Shown here: piece by piece, positions 47,335-57,212 of the stretch | How positions within the stretch are numbered: the first letter of the stretch is position 1 | Layout: each line of letters begins with the position of its first letter | Assembly: GCA_020725175.1 (NCBI GenBank) | Contig: DYFM01000002.1 | Coordinates: forward strand, 36,880-100,879 | Direction: 5' to 3' | DNA length: 64,000 bases | Source: Candidatus Paceibacter sp. | GTDB taxonomy: Bacteria; Patescibacteriota; Patescibacteriia; Magasanikbacterales; UBA922 | The notes under the pieces: model-generated | The model's input: the letters and a program-made list of their open reading frames with translations, nothing else | Databases searched by the model: none | Told to the model about the DNA's origin: nothing | Position numbers and translations under genes: made by a program

Positions 47335-48426
47335 TTCTTTTTCTACGTGTTTTAGAATGGTTTCGGCAGCCGGTTTTGGTCTATACTGCACAGTTCGTGG
47401 ATGCTTGAGTTGTTCTTCTGTATAAAACAGGAGGTCTTCGTAGGTAGTGGCCACACTTCCGGCCTGGTGGTCGAGGAGAAAAGTGGCATTCACTTCCTCT
47501 TGACCCGGAATCGGCATGGCGGCAATAAGCCATTTTTTTAGTGTCATACATTCGGTAGTGGTCAGGCCACCCGGTTTTGAAACGATTACGTCGGCCATGC
47601 GCATGTATTGATCCATCTGGTCAGTCCAACCAAGAGCAGTGAGGGAGATATGTTCCGGCATGGGGATGGTTGCTAGTTTTGTTTGCAGTTCAAAATTGTT
47701 TCCGGCAATAGCAATAATTTGACAAGGAGTTTCCAGATCACGAAGAATTGTTACGATATCGATGGTTCTTCCAATGCCTTGCCCACCGCTCAATACCAGT
47801 ACCAAGGGTTTACTTTGAGGGATGTTTTGTTGTTTTTTTAGTGCCGAAACATTATTTTTTGTAAAAAAAACCGGATCTATCGGAATGCCACTTTTGACAA
47901 TGTTTCGATACGGAATTCCTTTCTTTTTTAGTTTCCAAACAATTTTTTCCGAAGCGACAAAATACGTGTGTGTTCCTTCGGTAATCCAGTATTCATGAAC
48001 ATCATAGTCTGTTACCACTGTTGAAACCGGTGCGGTCGGTGGAGTTTTTCTAGCAAAGAGTAGTTTTGTACTCAAAAAATGCGTGTTTATAATGTAGTCA
48101 GGCTGTAGTTCATCAATAAAACGGTAGAGTTTCCCTGCGTTAATATTAGCGCCGAGCTGGGTTACCATTTCCAAGAGTTCTTGTCCGGCATCATCATTGG
48201 TGTGTTCGTATAAAAAACGCCACAGAGAAGGAATTTTACTGGCCGCAAAGAGGTAACTTTTCAAAATAATTGCTTTGGTAGTGGTTGGTAGATAATCTGC
48301 CAGATCGATATGAACCGTAGTAACACCTGGAAAATGTATTTCAGCGGTTTTTCTGATTGCCTCAGCCGCGCGAACGTGTCCGGAGCCGGCTGAAAAAGAA
48401 ATAATGAGGAGTTTTTTCTTTGGCAT
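47317..48426 (-). CDS. MGDG-synthase/UgtP-like diacylglycerol glycosyltransferase (GT28 family)
   Basis: 'MPKKKLLIISFSAGSGHVRAAEAI' N-terminus typical of processive DAG glycosyltransferases. The ORF-track 5' extension up to 48558 (TTG start) overlaps tRNA-His and is rejected. Confidence 0.6.
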   Translation of the reverse strand: MPKKKLLIISFSAGSGHVRAAEAIRKTAEIHFPGVTTVHIDLADYLPTTTKAIILKSYLFAASKIPSLWRFLYEHTNDDAGQELLEMVTQLGANINAGKLYRFIDELQPDYIINTHFLSTKLLFARKTPPTAPVSTVVTDYDVHEYWITEGTHTYFVASEKIVWKLKKKGIPYRNIVKSGIPIDPVFFTKNNVSALKKQQNIPQSKPLVLVLSGGQGIGRTIDIVTILRDLETPCQIIAIAGNNFELQTKLATIPMPEHISLTALGWTDQMDQYMRMADVIVSKPGGLTTTECMTLKKWLIAAMPIPGQEEVNATFLLDHQAGSVATTYEDLLFYTEEQLKHPRTVQYRPKPAAETILKHVEKELKKTP

Positions 48427-48517
48427 AGGGAAATAATTTCTGCCTACAGTATACGGTATTTTGTTAAAAAAAGAAAGAAAACAAGCTCTGTTTTCTTTCT
48501 CACGAAATCCATACCGG

Positions 48518-48590
48518 GGTGGCCAACGGGAATTGAACCCGTACTCTCGGTACCACAAACCGATGTGATAACCATTTCACCATGGCCACC
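48518..48590 (-). tRNA. tRNA-His (anticodon GUG) with encoded G-1
   Basis: Hand fold: G-1, acceptor GTGGCCA/TGGCCAC, D stem GTGA/TCAC, anticodon loop TTGTGGT, T-arm ACGGG-TTCAATT-CCCGT, discriminator C. Confidence 0.8.
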
Positions 48591-48643
48591 CCGCTAGGGA
48601 CTTCGGGGCATAGTATAACAAAATGATTGAGTTTGTCAATATA

Positions 48644-48736
48644 AAACGAAATAGCGAAATATCGAAATAAGGAAATAGATCAAGTGTGGTGGAGCTATTT
48701 CAATATTTCGATATTTCGCTATTTCTTTATTTCGGT
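48644..48736. repeat. palindromic ACGAAATA/ATTTCG oligo-repeat element
   Basis: AACGAAATAGCGAAATATCGAAATAAGGAAATAG ... CTATTTCAATATTTCGATATTTCGCTATTTC. Confidence 0.6.
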
Positions 48737-48739
48737 CAA

Positions 48740-49483
48740 CTATTTCCCCATCCGTTCAAACGCCCGCAACACTTCCAATGGTATCGCAAAGATAACGGTA
48801 TTTGATTGGTCTGAACTGAGGTCGTTTAATGTACTCAGGGTGCGAAGATGAAGTGCTCCCGGGGTGTTTGCCAAGAGATTGGCTGCTTTGGCAATATTTT
48901 CGGCGGCTATCACTTCACCGCTCGCCTTGATGATAACTGAGCGTTTTTCTCGTTCTGCCTCTGCTTGTTTGGCAATGACACGCTGCATATCGTCTGGCAA
49001 AATTACATCTTTCAGCTCCACACTTTCCACTTTGATTCCCCAGGGATCAGTGGCCCGATCCACAATTTCTTGAATTTTCTGGGCGGCTGCTTCACGATTT
49101 GCCAAGAGTTCGTCGAGCTCGAGTTCACCTACCACGTTTCGCATGGTGGTCTGCGCGAGTTGAGAGACGGCAAACCAAAAGTTTTCTACTTCTAGAATGG
49201 CTTTGGCAGCATCAACTACTTTATAGTAGATAACTGCATTGATCTTGGCTGAAATATTGTCTTTGGTGATGGCTTCTTGAAATGGTACGTCTACCGCCTT
49301 GGTACGCATATCTACTTTGGTCATGCTTTGAAAAATCGGCACAACAATTCGCCAACCTGGTTCCACCACTTTATGAAATCGTCCCATCATAAATTTTACG
49401 CCGCGTTGATACTGATTGACTTGGCGTAGAAAAGAGAGAATGAGAATGCCGACGATAACGAGAATGAGAAATGCTCCGCCCAT
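48740..49483 (-). CDS. SPFH/band-7 (stomatin/slipin-like) membrane protein
   Basis: N-terminal TM and an SPFH core 'QYQRGVKFMMGRF...TKDNISAKINAVIYYKVVD'. Confidence 0.8.
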   Translation of the reverse strand: MGGAFLILVIVGILILSFLRQVNQYQRGVKFMMGRFHKVVEPGWRIVVPIFQSMTKVDMRTKAVDVPFQEAITKDNISAKINAVIYYKVVDAAKAILEVENFWFAVSQLAQTTMRNVVGELELDELLANREAAAQKIQEIVDRATDPWGIKVESVELKDVILPDDMQRVIAKQAEAEREKRSVIIKASGEVIAAENIAKAANLLANTPGALHLRTLSTLNDLSSDQSNTVIFAIPLEVLRAFERMGK

Positions 49484-49520
49484 AGTGAAGTTTATTAGAA
49501 AATAAGTTAATAAGTTGATT

Positions 49521-49614
49521 GGTAACAGATAACAGATAACAGATAACAGATGTATCTTCTTCCAGGTTAGTCAAAACAACAAAATGTTATCTGATATTTG
49601 CTATCTGTTGTCTG
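49521..49614. repeat. palindromic GATAACA-repeat element
   Basis: GGTAACAGATAACAGATAACAGATAACAGAT ... TGTTATCTGATATTTGCTATCTGTTGTCTG. Confidence 0.55.
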
Positions 49615-49654
49615 AATATAGTTATAAATATCATACGCTTATATCGCTTCCCTG

Positions 49655-50698
49655 TCAATTATTTCCACGCTTTTTTCCATGAAACTTCTTGTGAATATTT
49701 CGTAATTCTCGATCAGTAATGTGGGTATAGATTTGAGTGGTGGTTATCGATGAATGACCGAGCATCGTCTGAACACTGCGGATATCAGCGCCGTTTTGTA
49801 GTAAGTCGGTTGCAAAGGAATGGCGAAGGGTGTGAGGGGTTACCGGCTTGGTAATGCCAGCTGCTTTGGCGTACTTTTGGACGATTCGCTGTATGGTGCG
49901 AGTAGTCAGAGGTTCGTCACCCTCAGAAGGCAATCCCCCGGCCACCACTTTTTTAAATTTTTTAGATGTTTTATCAGTTTTATCCGTTTTAGACGTTGTA
50001 TGTGTTTTCTTACTCGCTCCCACTTTCCCATGCCCGATAAACAAATATGGATTGATATCATGGCGCAGATCTAAATATTTCTTCAACCAATATTTCGATT
50101 GTTCTGAGATAAACACTACTCGAGATTTACGCCCTTTTCCGGTGACGGTGAATTCTTCTTCTTTTAGATTAATATGGTCTTTTTTCAATCCGCTGAGTTC
50201 GGAAACACGTAGACCAGTGGAAAATAGTAATTCGAGAATGGCTTTGTCACGGTATTTCATGAGAACGTCCTCTGGTGTTTCAGCATCCTGGTTTACGACA
50301 GTAGGAGCTTCCAGAAGACGCGCGACTTCTTCGGGGGTAAGAAAGTGCACTTCTCGGTCCGGCATTTTCATAAGTTCTATCTTTTCCGGAGCGAGTGTTT
50401 TGATATCTCTTTTGGCGAGATACTTGAGAAACGAGCGGAGGGCGATCAAGTGGTAGTTTTGAGTATTTTTTTTGAGGGGGATATTGTGAACATCGACCAA
50501 ACGGTTGAGCCACAGGCGATACTTGCGCACATCTTCAGCGGTGATATCTTCCGGCTTTTTCTTGTTTCCAAACCAATCAAGAAATCGTTTCAAATAAAAA
50601 TCATAGTTTCGCAGTGTCATGTTGCTCCGATTGCGCTCGATTTCGAGGTGTTCGAGAAACTCGGTGAGGTAGGTTTGAAGGGGTTTTGTGGGCATAGG
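49655..50698 (-). CDS. tyrosine site-specific recombinase (XerC/XerD/integrase family) with a Lys/Thr-rich insertion
   Basis: Core-binding N-domain and catalytic 'HTLRHSFATDLLQNGADIRSVQTMLGHSSITTTQIYTH' (R..H..R..Y). A roughly 45-aa low-complexity insert 'GASKKTHTTSKTDKTDKTSKKFKK' is present. The true start is 'MPTKPL'. Confidence 0.75.
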   Translation of the reverse strand, partial: PMPTKPLQTYLTEFLEHLEIERNRSNMTLRNYDFYLKRFLDWFGNKKKPEDITAEDVRKYRLWLNRLVDVHNIPLKKNTQNYHLIALRSFLKYLAKRDIKTLAPEKIELMKMPDREVHFLTPEEVARLLEAPTVVNQDAETPEDVLMKYRDKAILELLFSTGLRVSELSGLKKDHINLKEEEFTVTGKGRKSRVVFISEQSKYWLKKYLDLRHDINPYLFIGHGKVGASKKTHTTSKTDKTDKTSKKFKKVVAGGLPSEGDEPLTTRTIQRIVQKYAKAAGITKPVTPHTLRHSFATDLLQNGADIRSVQTMLGHSSITTTQIYTHITDRELRNIHKKFHGKKRGNN

Positions 50699-50923
50699 GT
50701 GGTGGAGGATTACAAAGCTTTTGAGGCTTATGACGCTTGTAAGGCAAATAATTGTTTGTGAATTGTTTGCAAAGCTATCCTTTGTACATCGCGTGGTTGT
50801 CTTTAGCCATAGTGCCTTGTAAGCCTTGTTGGCTTTGTAGGCATTGCAAGCCTTTATATTGTACGACATATTTCAAAAAAGCGCAAATGGCAGAGAATAG
50901 CTCAATAAAGCTAAAAAAGAGCA

Positions 50924-50952
50924 TTGACAAAAGTGCTTTTTTGTGCTATACT
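50924..50952 (+). promoter_or_regulatory. strong sigma-70-type promoter
   Basis: TTGACA, 17 nt spacer, TATACT; a 38-codon hydrophobic mini-ORF lies downstream (about 51035-51151). Confidence 0.4.
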
Positions 50953-51174
50953 ATATATGTAGGAAACAATAAAATAATAAAACAATTCGTTCTTCTAGGT
51001 CAAAAACATTAATACAAACATAAACACAAACATATGCAACACCCAAAATACGGTGTCGCAGGCGCACCAGAATCGTCTGCCTTTTCTTTGGTTTATTTAT
51101 ACCTTCTCGCCGGTATCACCCTTTTGGTAGCGGTTTTTTTGTTGGTGTAATTTTTTATAACCAATCATGACTTT

Positions 51175-51522
51175 ATGCGTTCTTCCACTATTGGTGAAAA
51201 TCTAGAAGGTATTCCGTCAAACGGTATATCTACCTCGGAAACTAATACTCAAGAAGAGGCTGCAGACGATGGGTACAGACGAGCACTGCAATTATTGAAT
51301 AAATACAAAGAAAACGGTAGCTTACCAATCAATGAGTTAACAATGTTGTACAACTATTGGAAAGGCTTTGGAAGAAGTTCTGAAGGAAGAGAAAAAGCGC
51401 TTGAATTACAGACGTATGCATATGAGAATGAAGTTAATGTGAAGGCTTTATTGACTACGTTTTCCAAGATGGACAAGGGTATGAACAGAGAAGAAACTTC
51501 TAAGCAGGGGTATATAGCCTAA
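51175..51522 (+). CDS. hypothetical protein
   Basis: 115 aa ORF. Confidence 0.35.
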   Translation: MRSSTIGENLEGIPSNGISTSETNTQEEAADDGYRRALQLLNKYKENGSLPINELTMLYNYWKGFGRSSEGREKALELQTYAYENEVNVKALLTTFSKMDKGMNREETSKQGYIA

Positions 51523-51555
51523 AGTAGACTTTTTATTGTCATTTCTAGGTACAGC

Positions 51556-52029
51556 ATGAAAAAAAAGATATCGTTTATATTAATTCTCCCCAACATCCGC
51601 TCCTGTCATAATGTCGGTGCCATGTTTCGGACTGCGGACGCGTGTGGGGTAGGCATGATATACTTGGTGGGGTATACTCCCGCACCGCCAAAACCGCAGA
51701 TCGATAAAGTATCTCTTGGGGCAGAGAAGTGGGTAATGTGGAAGTCGGTTCGACACTTGAAACCATTGATTACCCGGTTGAAAAAACAAGGTTTTCAGAT
51801 AGTTGCCCTTGAAAAAACCGATTCGAGTATAGACATTGGAAAAGCAACATTTCAAAAACCGGTGGCGCTGATTGTGGGAAATGAAGTGGATGGTGTTCAT
51901 CCTGAAATACTGCACCTTTGTGACCAAGTGGTCCATATTCCAATGCGCGGGAAGAAAGAAAGTCTCAATGTGAGTGTGGCGGCGGGAATTGGGATGTATG
52001 TTGTTTCTGATCAGTTGAGAAGAGGGTGA
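51556..52029 (+). CDS. SpoU/TrmH-family RNA 2'-O-methyltransferase
   Basis: SPOUT motifs 'LILPNIRSCHNVGAMFRTADACG', 'LIVGNEVDGV', 'IPMRGKKESLNVSVAAGI'. Confidence 0.8.
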   Translation: MKKKISFILILPNIRSCHNVGAMFRTADACGVGMIYLVGYTPAPPKPQIDKVSLGAEKWVMWKSVRHLKPLITRLKKQGFQIVALEKTDSSIDIGKATFQKPVALIVGNEVDGVHPEILHLCDQVVHIPMRGKKESLNVSVAAGIGMYVVSDQLRRG

Positions 52030-52130
52030 GGTTTATGAAAAAAGGAAGGTCGTTAATTGAAAGGAAATGAGTACTTTTTCATATTAGGTGGCATAAAATA
52101 ATTAAATTTTACTTAATTCCATTTAACTCT

Positions 52131-53141
52131 ATGTCAGACACAAACAAACCTAGTTCAGAGTCACCTGTTTACCATTTAGAAGGGGGTAATGAGAGCAAAA
52201 AAAATACTCTTCAACTGACGCCTGGAGAAAAGGTTCCTCATAGTATAACAACATACGTCCGTTTCGATACAGAATATGGTGAAGTGCTTGTGAGTCAGGA
52301 AAAACTTCGAAGAAAGTTTCATGGATTAACATCAGTAAGTGATTCATCTGTTAGTACTGTAACATGTCGTTTAGACAGTGGAGTGGAGTTAGGGTTAGAA
52401 CTTGATTGCTATCTTGATTTTACTGATCCGATAGTGCAGAACACTGCAGTTTATGTTAATGAGATAACTATCGTAAGTATAAAGAAAGATGGGCAAGAAT
52501 TGCCATCTATCACTATTAAACAACGTGAAGAAACTGTCAGTCCCGGTAGTGCGAGTCTAATTTATGAAGCTCCTCCAACCAAGACAACTTCTGCATACCG
52601 TGAAAGAAATGTTCCAAGTGACGGTGCAGAAAGTTTAGAAGGAGGTGGTGAACATGGGCGGTTGGTGTTAGATGATATGAGACGAAGAGTCAAAAGTAAG
52701 ATGTTATTTGAAATTTTTAAACGACGATATAAAGAATTGAAGTCAGCTTTAAATGGTAATACCGAAAATAATGAAGACCATGTTGAACAGATTCATACTC
52801 TGGTGTTAGCACTAACAGGTATGCAAAAGTCAACTATAAGTGATCTTGATTTTGCACTTACCGATACACCAACTCAACACTCAGAGGAAATCAGGAATTT
52901 TTATTTTGTGGTTAATGAGAATGGCGTGAAACAATATTATAATAATGATGAAATTAAGATGTATAAGATGCTGCTTGTGTCAATAAATAAGTTGTTTGAT
53001 GAACTTGTACGTGGGCTTAGTGTTTTAGAAGGGGACGAGGAAATTAATAGAACAGATAAAGCTCGTCGTGTTCTTGAATTATTAGAAACATATATTACCT
53101 CATTTGAATCGGCATTAAACGAACTTTCTTATAATAGCTAG
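52131..53141 (+). CDS. hypothetical protein
   Basis: 336 aa ORF, no recognised motif. Confidence 0.35.
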   Translation: MSDTNKPSSESPVYHLEGGNESKKNTLQLTPGEKVPHSITTYVRFDTEYGEVLVSQEKLRRKFHGLTSVSDSSVSTVTCRLDSGVELGLELDCYLDFTDPIVQNTAVYVNEITIVSIKKDGQELPSITIKQREETVSPGSASLIYEAPPTKTTSAYRERNVPSDGAESLEGGGEHGRLVLDDMRRRVKSKMLFEIFKRRYKELKSALNGNTENNEDHVEQIHTLVLALTGMQKSTISDLDFALTDTPTQHSEEIRNFYFVVNENGVKQYYNNDEIKMYKMLLVSINKLFDELVRGLSVLEGDEEINRTDKARRVLELLETYITSFESALNELSYNS

Positions 53142-53155
53142 TTTGGACATATTGC

Positions 53156-53896
53156 GTGGTTTTTGGTATACTGTATCTATCTAGCCACGCATATATGGAT
53201 CACACCACATTCACCCACACCTACCACATCTTTGAGCGGTTTTATGAACGGACGCAGGCGTATATCCCACGGGATGTGCGGGTTGAGCTTGAGGAGGTGT
53301 TGGAAGCAGTGCAGGGGCATGAAGAGATGGTGCTTGAAGATCTGGAAGATGTCATGATTGCTTTTGGGCGGCGAGTGTGGCCATATCGAAAAGCCTTTCA
53401 AGATGTACTTCGGCATGTAGAAGAGCGAGTAGGAGAATCATTTCTTCTCCAGCGCGTAACCCCGGCGATGCGGCGGCGATATCACGCCTTTGTCGCAGCC
53501 GGTGGAACCATTGAGACCCTTCGAACCGGATCACCGGCAGCGTATTTTGATCATGACGAGCGCGTGGTACTTTGCGAAGCCTTTGTGGAAATGGAGCAGG
53601 ATGTGCGACAGTTTACACTTCAATCCATCAAAAGCACGGAAAAACAATTCTTTACCGAAAAATTGCAGAAGTATACCTTGCTTCTCAATGAAATAGAAGC
53701 ACAACTGGATGTACTTCGGGCAATGGCTGAAAAAGAAGCTGAGCACCCTCGGTTACGAGAAGAAATATTGGCACAAGTACGAGGGTTTGAATATGGATTT
53801 TGCTTTTTGAATCAAGAAACCGAGCACGCGGCCGTGTGTCAGGCGGTAGAGCATTTTGCCGGAAGAAAAGTGGAGATGCGCGTGTTGCTTGGGTAA
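53156..53896 (+). CDS. hypothetical protein
   Basis: 246 aa ORF, probable start 'MDHTTF'. Confidence 0.35.
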   Translation: MVFGILYLSSHAYMDHTTFTHTYHIFERFYERTQAYIPRDVRVELEEVLEAVQGHEEMVLEDLEDVMIAFGRRVWPYRKAFQDVLRHVEERVGESFLLQRVTPAMRRRYHAFVAAGGTIETLRTGSPAAYFDHDERVVLCEAFVEMEQDVRQFTLQSIKSTEKQFFTEKLQKYTLLLNEIEAQLDVLRAMAEKEAEHPRLREEILAQVRGFEYGFCFLNQETEHAAVCQAVEHFAGRKVEMRVLLG

Positions 53897-53909
53897 ACAC
53901 CAGAACACT

Positions 53910-53948
53910 GAAAACCCCGGAACAAGTCCGGGGTTTTGTTATTTTTTT
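53910..53948. terminator. bidirectional rho-independent terminator
   Basis: AAAACCCCGGAACAAGTCCGGGGTTTTGTTATTTTTTT. Confidence 0.7.
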
Positions 53949-55234
53949 GAAGCAATATCTATTTTAATCATTTGTTCCAGACGGCGAATGTCGGCGAGGA
54001 GCTTGGATCGTTCTTTATGAAACATGATAATATTGAACACGCTACTGCCGCCGTGCTTGGCATAGCGACACATGTCACCAATTTTTTTATTGATCGTTAT
54101 TTTTTGAAACGATTCCAGTTCTTGAGCTTTTTTCACACCGGAAAGTTTGGTAAGACGTCCTTCTTTTTTGGCAAAAAATTTCATGGCAACACTGTATCCG
54201 ATGACTTTTTTTGGCATGTCCACTTTTTCCGGAATACGGACATTGATATCATTCATGGTCAGATTGACTCCAAATGACATGTCATAGAGTTCTTGTCGAA
54301 ATCCGCCGATCCGAGGACCGAGTTCGATTACTTTCCAGCCGTGTTCTGTGCGCATGAGTTCAATATGAACAGTCGTACTGCGAAGCGCTAGGGCATGGAT
54401 TGCTTCGGTGGCTACCTGTTCGGCCGCTTGGATACTTTCTTTTTTGAGGAGGGTAGGAGTAATTTGTTGATATCCAAAAAAGTCGTCAAAACCAATAGCG
54501 CGCCCGGTTTTGATATGAACCGGAGGATTGTAATACACCTTGCCGCGACTAGTTACGTGAGCATCAAACGAATACATTTCTCCTTCCATAAATTGTTCCA
54601 CCAGTACTTTTGGTTCCCAGCGTCCATCATTGTGTTTGTACGCAGACTTGATACTACGAAATATTTTTCCTAATACCTTTTCCAGCTCTTCTTTATGGTA
54701 GACAATACTAACAAGCTTGCTCGCTCCAAGACCGGTTGGTTTTACAATGGCCGGAAACCCGACACGTTCTTCAATTTTTTTTACCGATTCTTTTGATATG
54801 TCGTCAACGAGGGTATAGGCCGGAGTAATTTTTTTGTTATGGATAAACAAGCGGCGACGCATCCAGACTTTATCGGTAGCCCAGCGGAGCGATTCCGGAG
54901 TAGGGGTTTTGAGATACGGTACATGTGGGACGATACGAGAAAGAAGTGGTATCCCATCGTCACCACGGCTGGTAATTGCTAGAAGTTCACTATTGTAAGG
55001 GAGTAGGGCTTTTTGGATGGCCTTGTCGGAAGAAGTATCGCAGGAAATAGTAATGTCCGCGGCTGCAATCATGCGCTCCAACTTGGGGGTAGTTTTAGTA
55101 CGAGAATCAATCAAGAGACAGATACGGTACGTTTTGTGGTGTTTTTTTTCATACATTCGAACACCTTCGATCATGTAGTCGTATACTTTTCCAACAAAAA
55201 TAATAATGTTTTTTTCCGGAGCAAGTTTTGCCAT
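53939..55234 (-). CDS. ATP-grasp domain protein
   Basis: 'GFPAIVKPTGLGASKLVSIVYHKEELEKVL' and downstream ATP-grasp fold motifs. Confidence 0.5.
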   Translation of the reverse strand: MAKLAPEKNIIIFVGKVYDYMIEGVRMYEKKHHKTYRICLLIDSRTKTTPKLERMIAAADITISCDTSSDKAIQKALLPYNSELLAITSRGDDGIPLLSRIVPHVPYLKTPTPESLRWATDKVWMRRRLFIHNKKITPAYTLVDDISKESVKKIEERVGFPAIVKPTGLGASKLVSIVYHKEELEKVLGKIFRSIKSAYKHNDGRWEPKVLVEQFMEGEMYSFDAHVTSRGKVYYNPPVHIKTGRAIGFDDFFGYQQITPTLLKKESIQAAEQVATEAIHALALRSTTVHIELMRTEHGWKVIELGPRIGGFRQELYDMSFGVNLTMNDINVRIPEKVDMPKKVIGYSVAMKFFAKKEGRLTKLSGVKKAQELESFQKITINKKIGDMCRYAKHGGSSVFNIIMFHKERSKLLADIRRLEQMIKIDIASKK

Positions 55235-55390
55235 ACAAAAGAAAGTTAGATGATACTAGTAGCGTAACAAGAAATGTATCATCTGCCAACCGAGTAAAAG
55301 AAATACCGTGAGCATACACACGGTAGAGCGCATAGTATAGTAAAAAAAGATGAAAAAGTCAATATGAAGACGGTGTCGGTGCTGCTATTA

Positions 55391-56362
55391 TCAAAGCAGT
55401 TTCTTTGGTGTGATGGATGGGTACGTGTTGATCATCTTTTGGATACTTCGGGAAGTCAAGAGGCCTCGTTGGGCGCCATAGGCACTAATTACGCCGGCAG
55501 CATTGGCAGTTCCCCATTGCATTGCTACGGGAATTGTTTTCTGTTTTATAAATGCACTCAAAAAACCACTGGCGTACGCGTCTCCAGCCCCGGTTTTTGC
55601 TACGACCGGTACTGGGTATGGTGTCATGGAAAAAGAATGGTGTTGGTGGCGGACAAATGATCCTCGGACACTATCGGTAATGACTACGGTTTCGGGACCC
55701 ATTGCTTGGAGGAGGGTGAGGAGTTTTGTGGTCCGTTTTCGCTTTCCGGTGATTGTTTCCGCTTCTTCTTTGTTTACAAACAGTAGTGAGGTGCGAGGGA
55801 GAATGGTGCGAATGTGAGACAGACCGTCTTTTAGTTGAAATGATCCCGGGTTGAGAGCCAGTTTTGTTTCCGGGTGACGTACTAGGTGCTGTTCCAGTTT
55901 GTGTTGGAGTTGTTCAAAAGATGCGCCAAGTGATGTGTAGTAAATCCAGTTGCTATCGGGAAGGTTTGGTAGTGTATATGAGCGGGGTGAAAAATAGGAG
56001 AGGATTGTTCGCTCGCCTTTGTAATTGAGGACTACCGAATAGCGGGTTTCTTTATTCCGGTGTACTTTTACCCATTTGGTGTCAATGTGTTGCCGTTCAA
56101 GTTCAGCTAATACAGTATGGCCATTGAGATCATCTCCAAGTTCAGTAACTAAAGCAACGTTCAGACCAAGCTTTTTGACTCCAGCCGCTACATTGGCCGC
56201 ATTACCGCCCATAGATTGCGCGGTATCTTTGATATACATTTTTTCTCCATAATGTAATGAGAGCCACCGTCGTTCTTTGTCAAGACGAATGTTTGTTTCA
56301 TCTTCATCAAGAATGAGAAAGGTGTCGAGGGTGGTGTCGCCTATGGTTAGTACATCTATCAT
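55391..56362 (-). CDS. PfkB-family carbohydrate kinase
   Basis: 'GGNAANVAAGVKKLGLNVALVTELGDD' N-terminal motif and 'GAGDAYASGFL' C-terminal motif. Confidence 0.75.
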   Translation of the reverse strand: MIDVLTIGDTTLDTFLILDEDETNIRLDKERRWLSLHYGEKMYIKDTAQSMGGNAANVAAGVKKLGLNVALVTELGDDLNGHTVLAELERQHIDTKWVKVHRNKETRYSVVLNYKGERTILSYFSPRSYTLPNLPDSNWIYYTSLGASFEQLQHKLEQHLVRHPETKLALNPGSFQLKDGLSHIRTILPRTSLLFVNKEEAETITGKRKRTTKLLTLLQAMGPETVVITDSVRGSFVRHQHHSFSMTPYPVPVVAKTGAGDAYASGFLSAFIKQKTIPVAMQWGTANAAGVISAYGAQRGLLTSRSIQKMINTYPSITPKKLL

Positions 56363-56378
56363 ACTTGTAAATATTGAT

Positions 56379-56572
56379 GGTACGGATACTTTACTGATTA
56401 CGGATAATACGGAGTTACTGATACTTTACGGATTACGGATAGTACGGAGTTACGGATATTTGTGTTGCGGATTAGGTTGATAAGCAGAGTAAGCAGATTA
56501 AGCTAATAAAACACCAGGGCCTATTCCGCTTCTATCAAAAATCCGTACCTCCGTATTATCCGTAATCAGTAA
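56379..56572. repeat. palindromic ACGGATA/TACGGAG + GCAGAGTAAGCAGAT element (same family as 16166-16345)
   Basis: GGTACGGATACTTTACTGATTACGGATAATACGGAG... ...CTCCGTATTATCCGTAATCAG. Confidence 0.65.
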
Positions 56573-56590
56573 GGTATAGCTATTGACGTA

Positions 56591-56900
56591 ACTACCGTAA
56601 TTTCTTATACCTCTTTAAATCCTCCGGGCTATGTTTATGAAGTCCTAAATAGATTTCGATAAATTCTACCAGTGACGCAAGTCCAAGCCCGGCCATGGCG
56701 ATGGCGAAGATGGGTTCATTTTTATAGAGGGCAAAGATAAAGAGACAGGCGGCGCCGATGAATTTTACCAGATCTTGCCGACGTTCTTACTCGACAAATA
56801 CTCCGTACGTAAGAAGAACTCCACCAAGGACGGCGAGAATATAGAGAATAGTGATGAGGGTAGATTCGGGAAGGAAGGGGAGGAGGTTTTCGAGTAACAT
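56591..56900 (-). pseudogene. small membrane protein paralog interrupted by an in-frame TAA
   Basis: 'MLLENLLPFLPESTLITILYILAVLGGVLLTYGVFVE*ERRQDLVKFIGAACLFIFALYKNEPIFAIAMAGLGLASLVEFIEIY..' aligns across the stop with 56979-57212 ('..IFIKQETKQDWFFVFGGLF..'). Confidence 0.45.
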
Positions 56901-56978
56901 ACATTGTAATTTTCAAGATACAAGAAACAAGGTACAAATAAATCCCAAATGATAATTTCCAAGTTCCAATTTGTATTG

Positions 56979-57212
56979 TTATTTGGAAATTGGTGTTTGT
57001 TTTTTGTAATTTACACGCAGTGTGTATATTTCATACAAACTCGCGCCGACAAAAATAACTTGGAGGGGGATAAAAATGGGATCTTTGAGAGAGATACTAT
57101 AGACAAGAAGAAATAATCCACCAAAGACAAAAAACCAATCTTGTTTGGTTTCTTGCTTGATAAAAATGGCGTAGGTGATGAGAATGAGACCGATAGCGCC
57201 GGAGAGTTTTGG
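56979..57212 (-). CDS. small 2-TM membrane protein (intact paralog)
   Basis: 'MNILEILPKLSGAIGLILITYAIFIKQETKQDWFFVFGGLFLLVYSISLKDPIFIPLQVIFVGASLYEIY'; flanked by AAATTGGAAAT-type inverted repeats. Confidence 0.45.
   Translation of the reverse strand, partial: PKLSGAIGLILITYAIFIKQETKQDWFFVFGGLFLLVYSISLKDPIFIPLQVIFVGASLYEIYTLRVNYKKQTPISK

Noticed and set aside
47317-48558. Full 413-aa ORF-track extent of the glycosyltransferase (TTG start at 48558)
   Set aside because: The 5' extension overlaps tRNA-His (48518-48590) and has no homology. The conserved glycosyltransferase N-terminus begins at the internal Met (48426).
50752-51012. 86-aa + strand ORF
   Set aside because: It spans a consensus promoter (TTGACA-17-TATACT) and AT-rich leader, has no homology and a Lys-rich low-complexity composition. 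It is likely non-coding.
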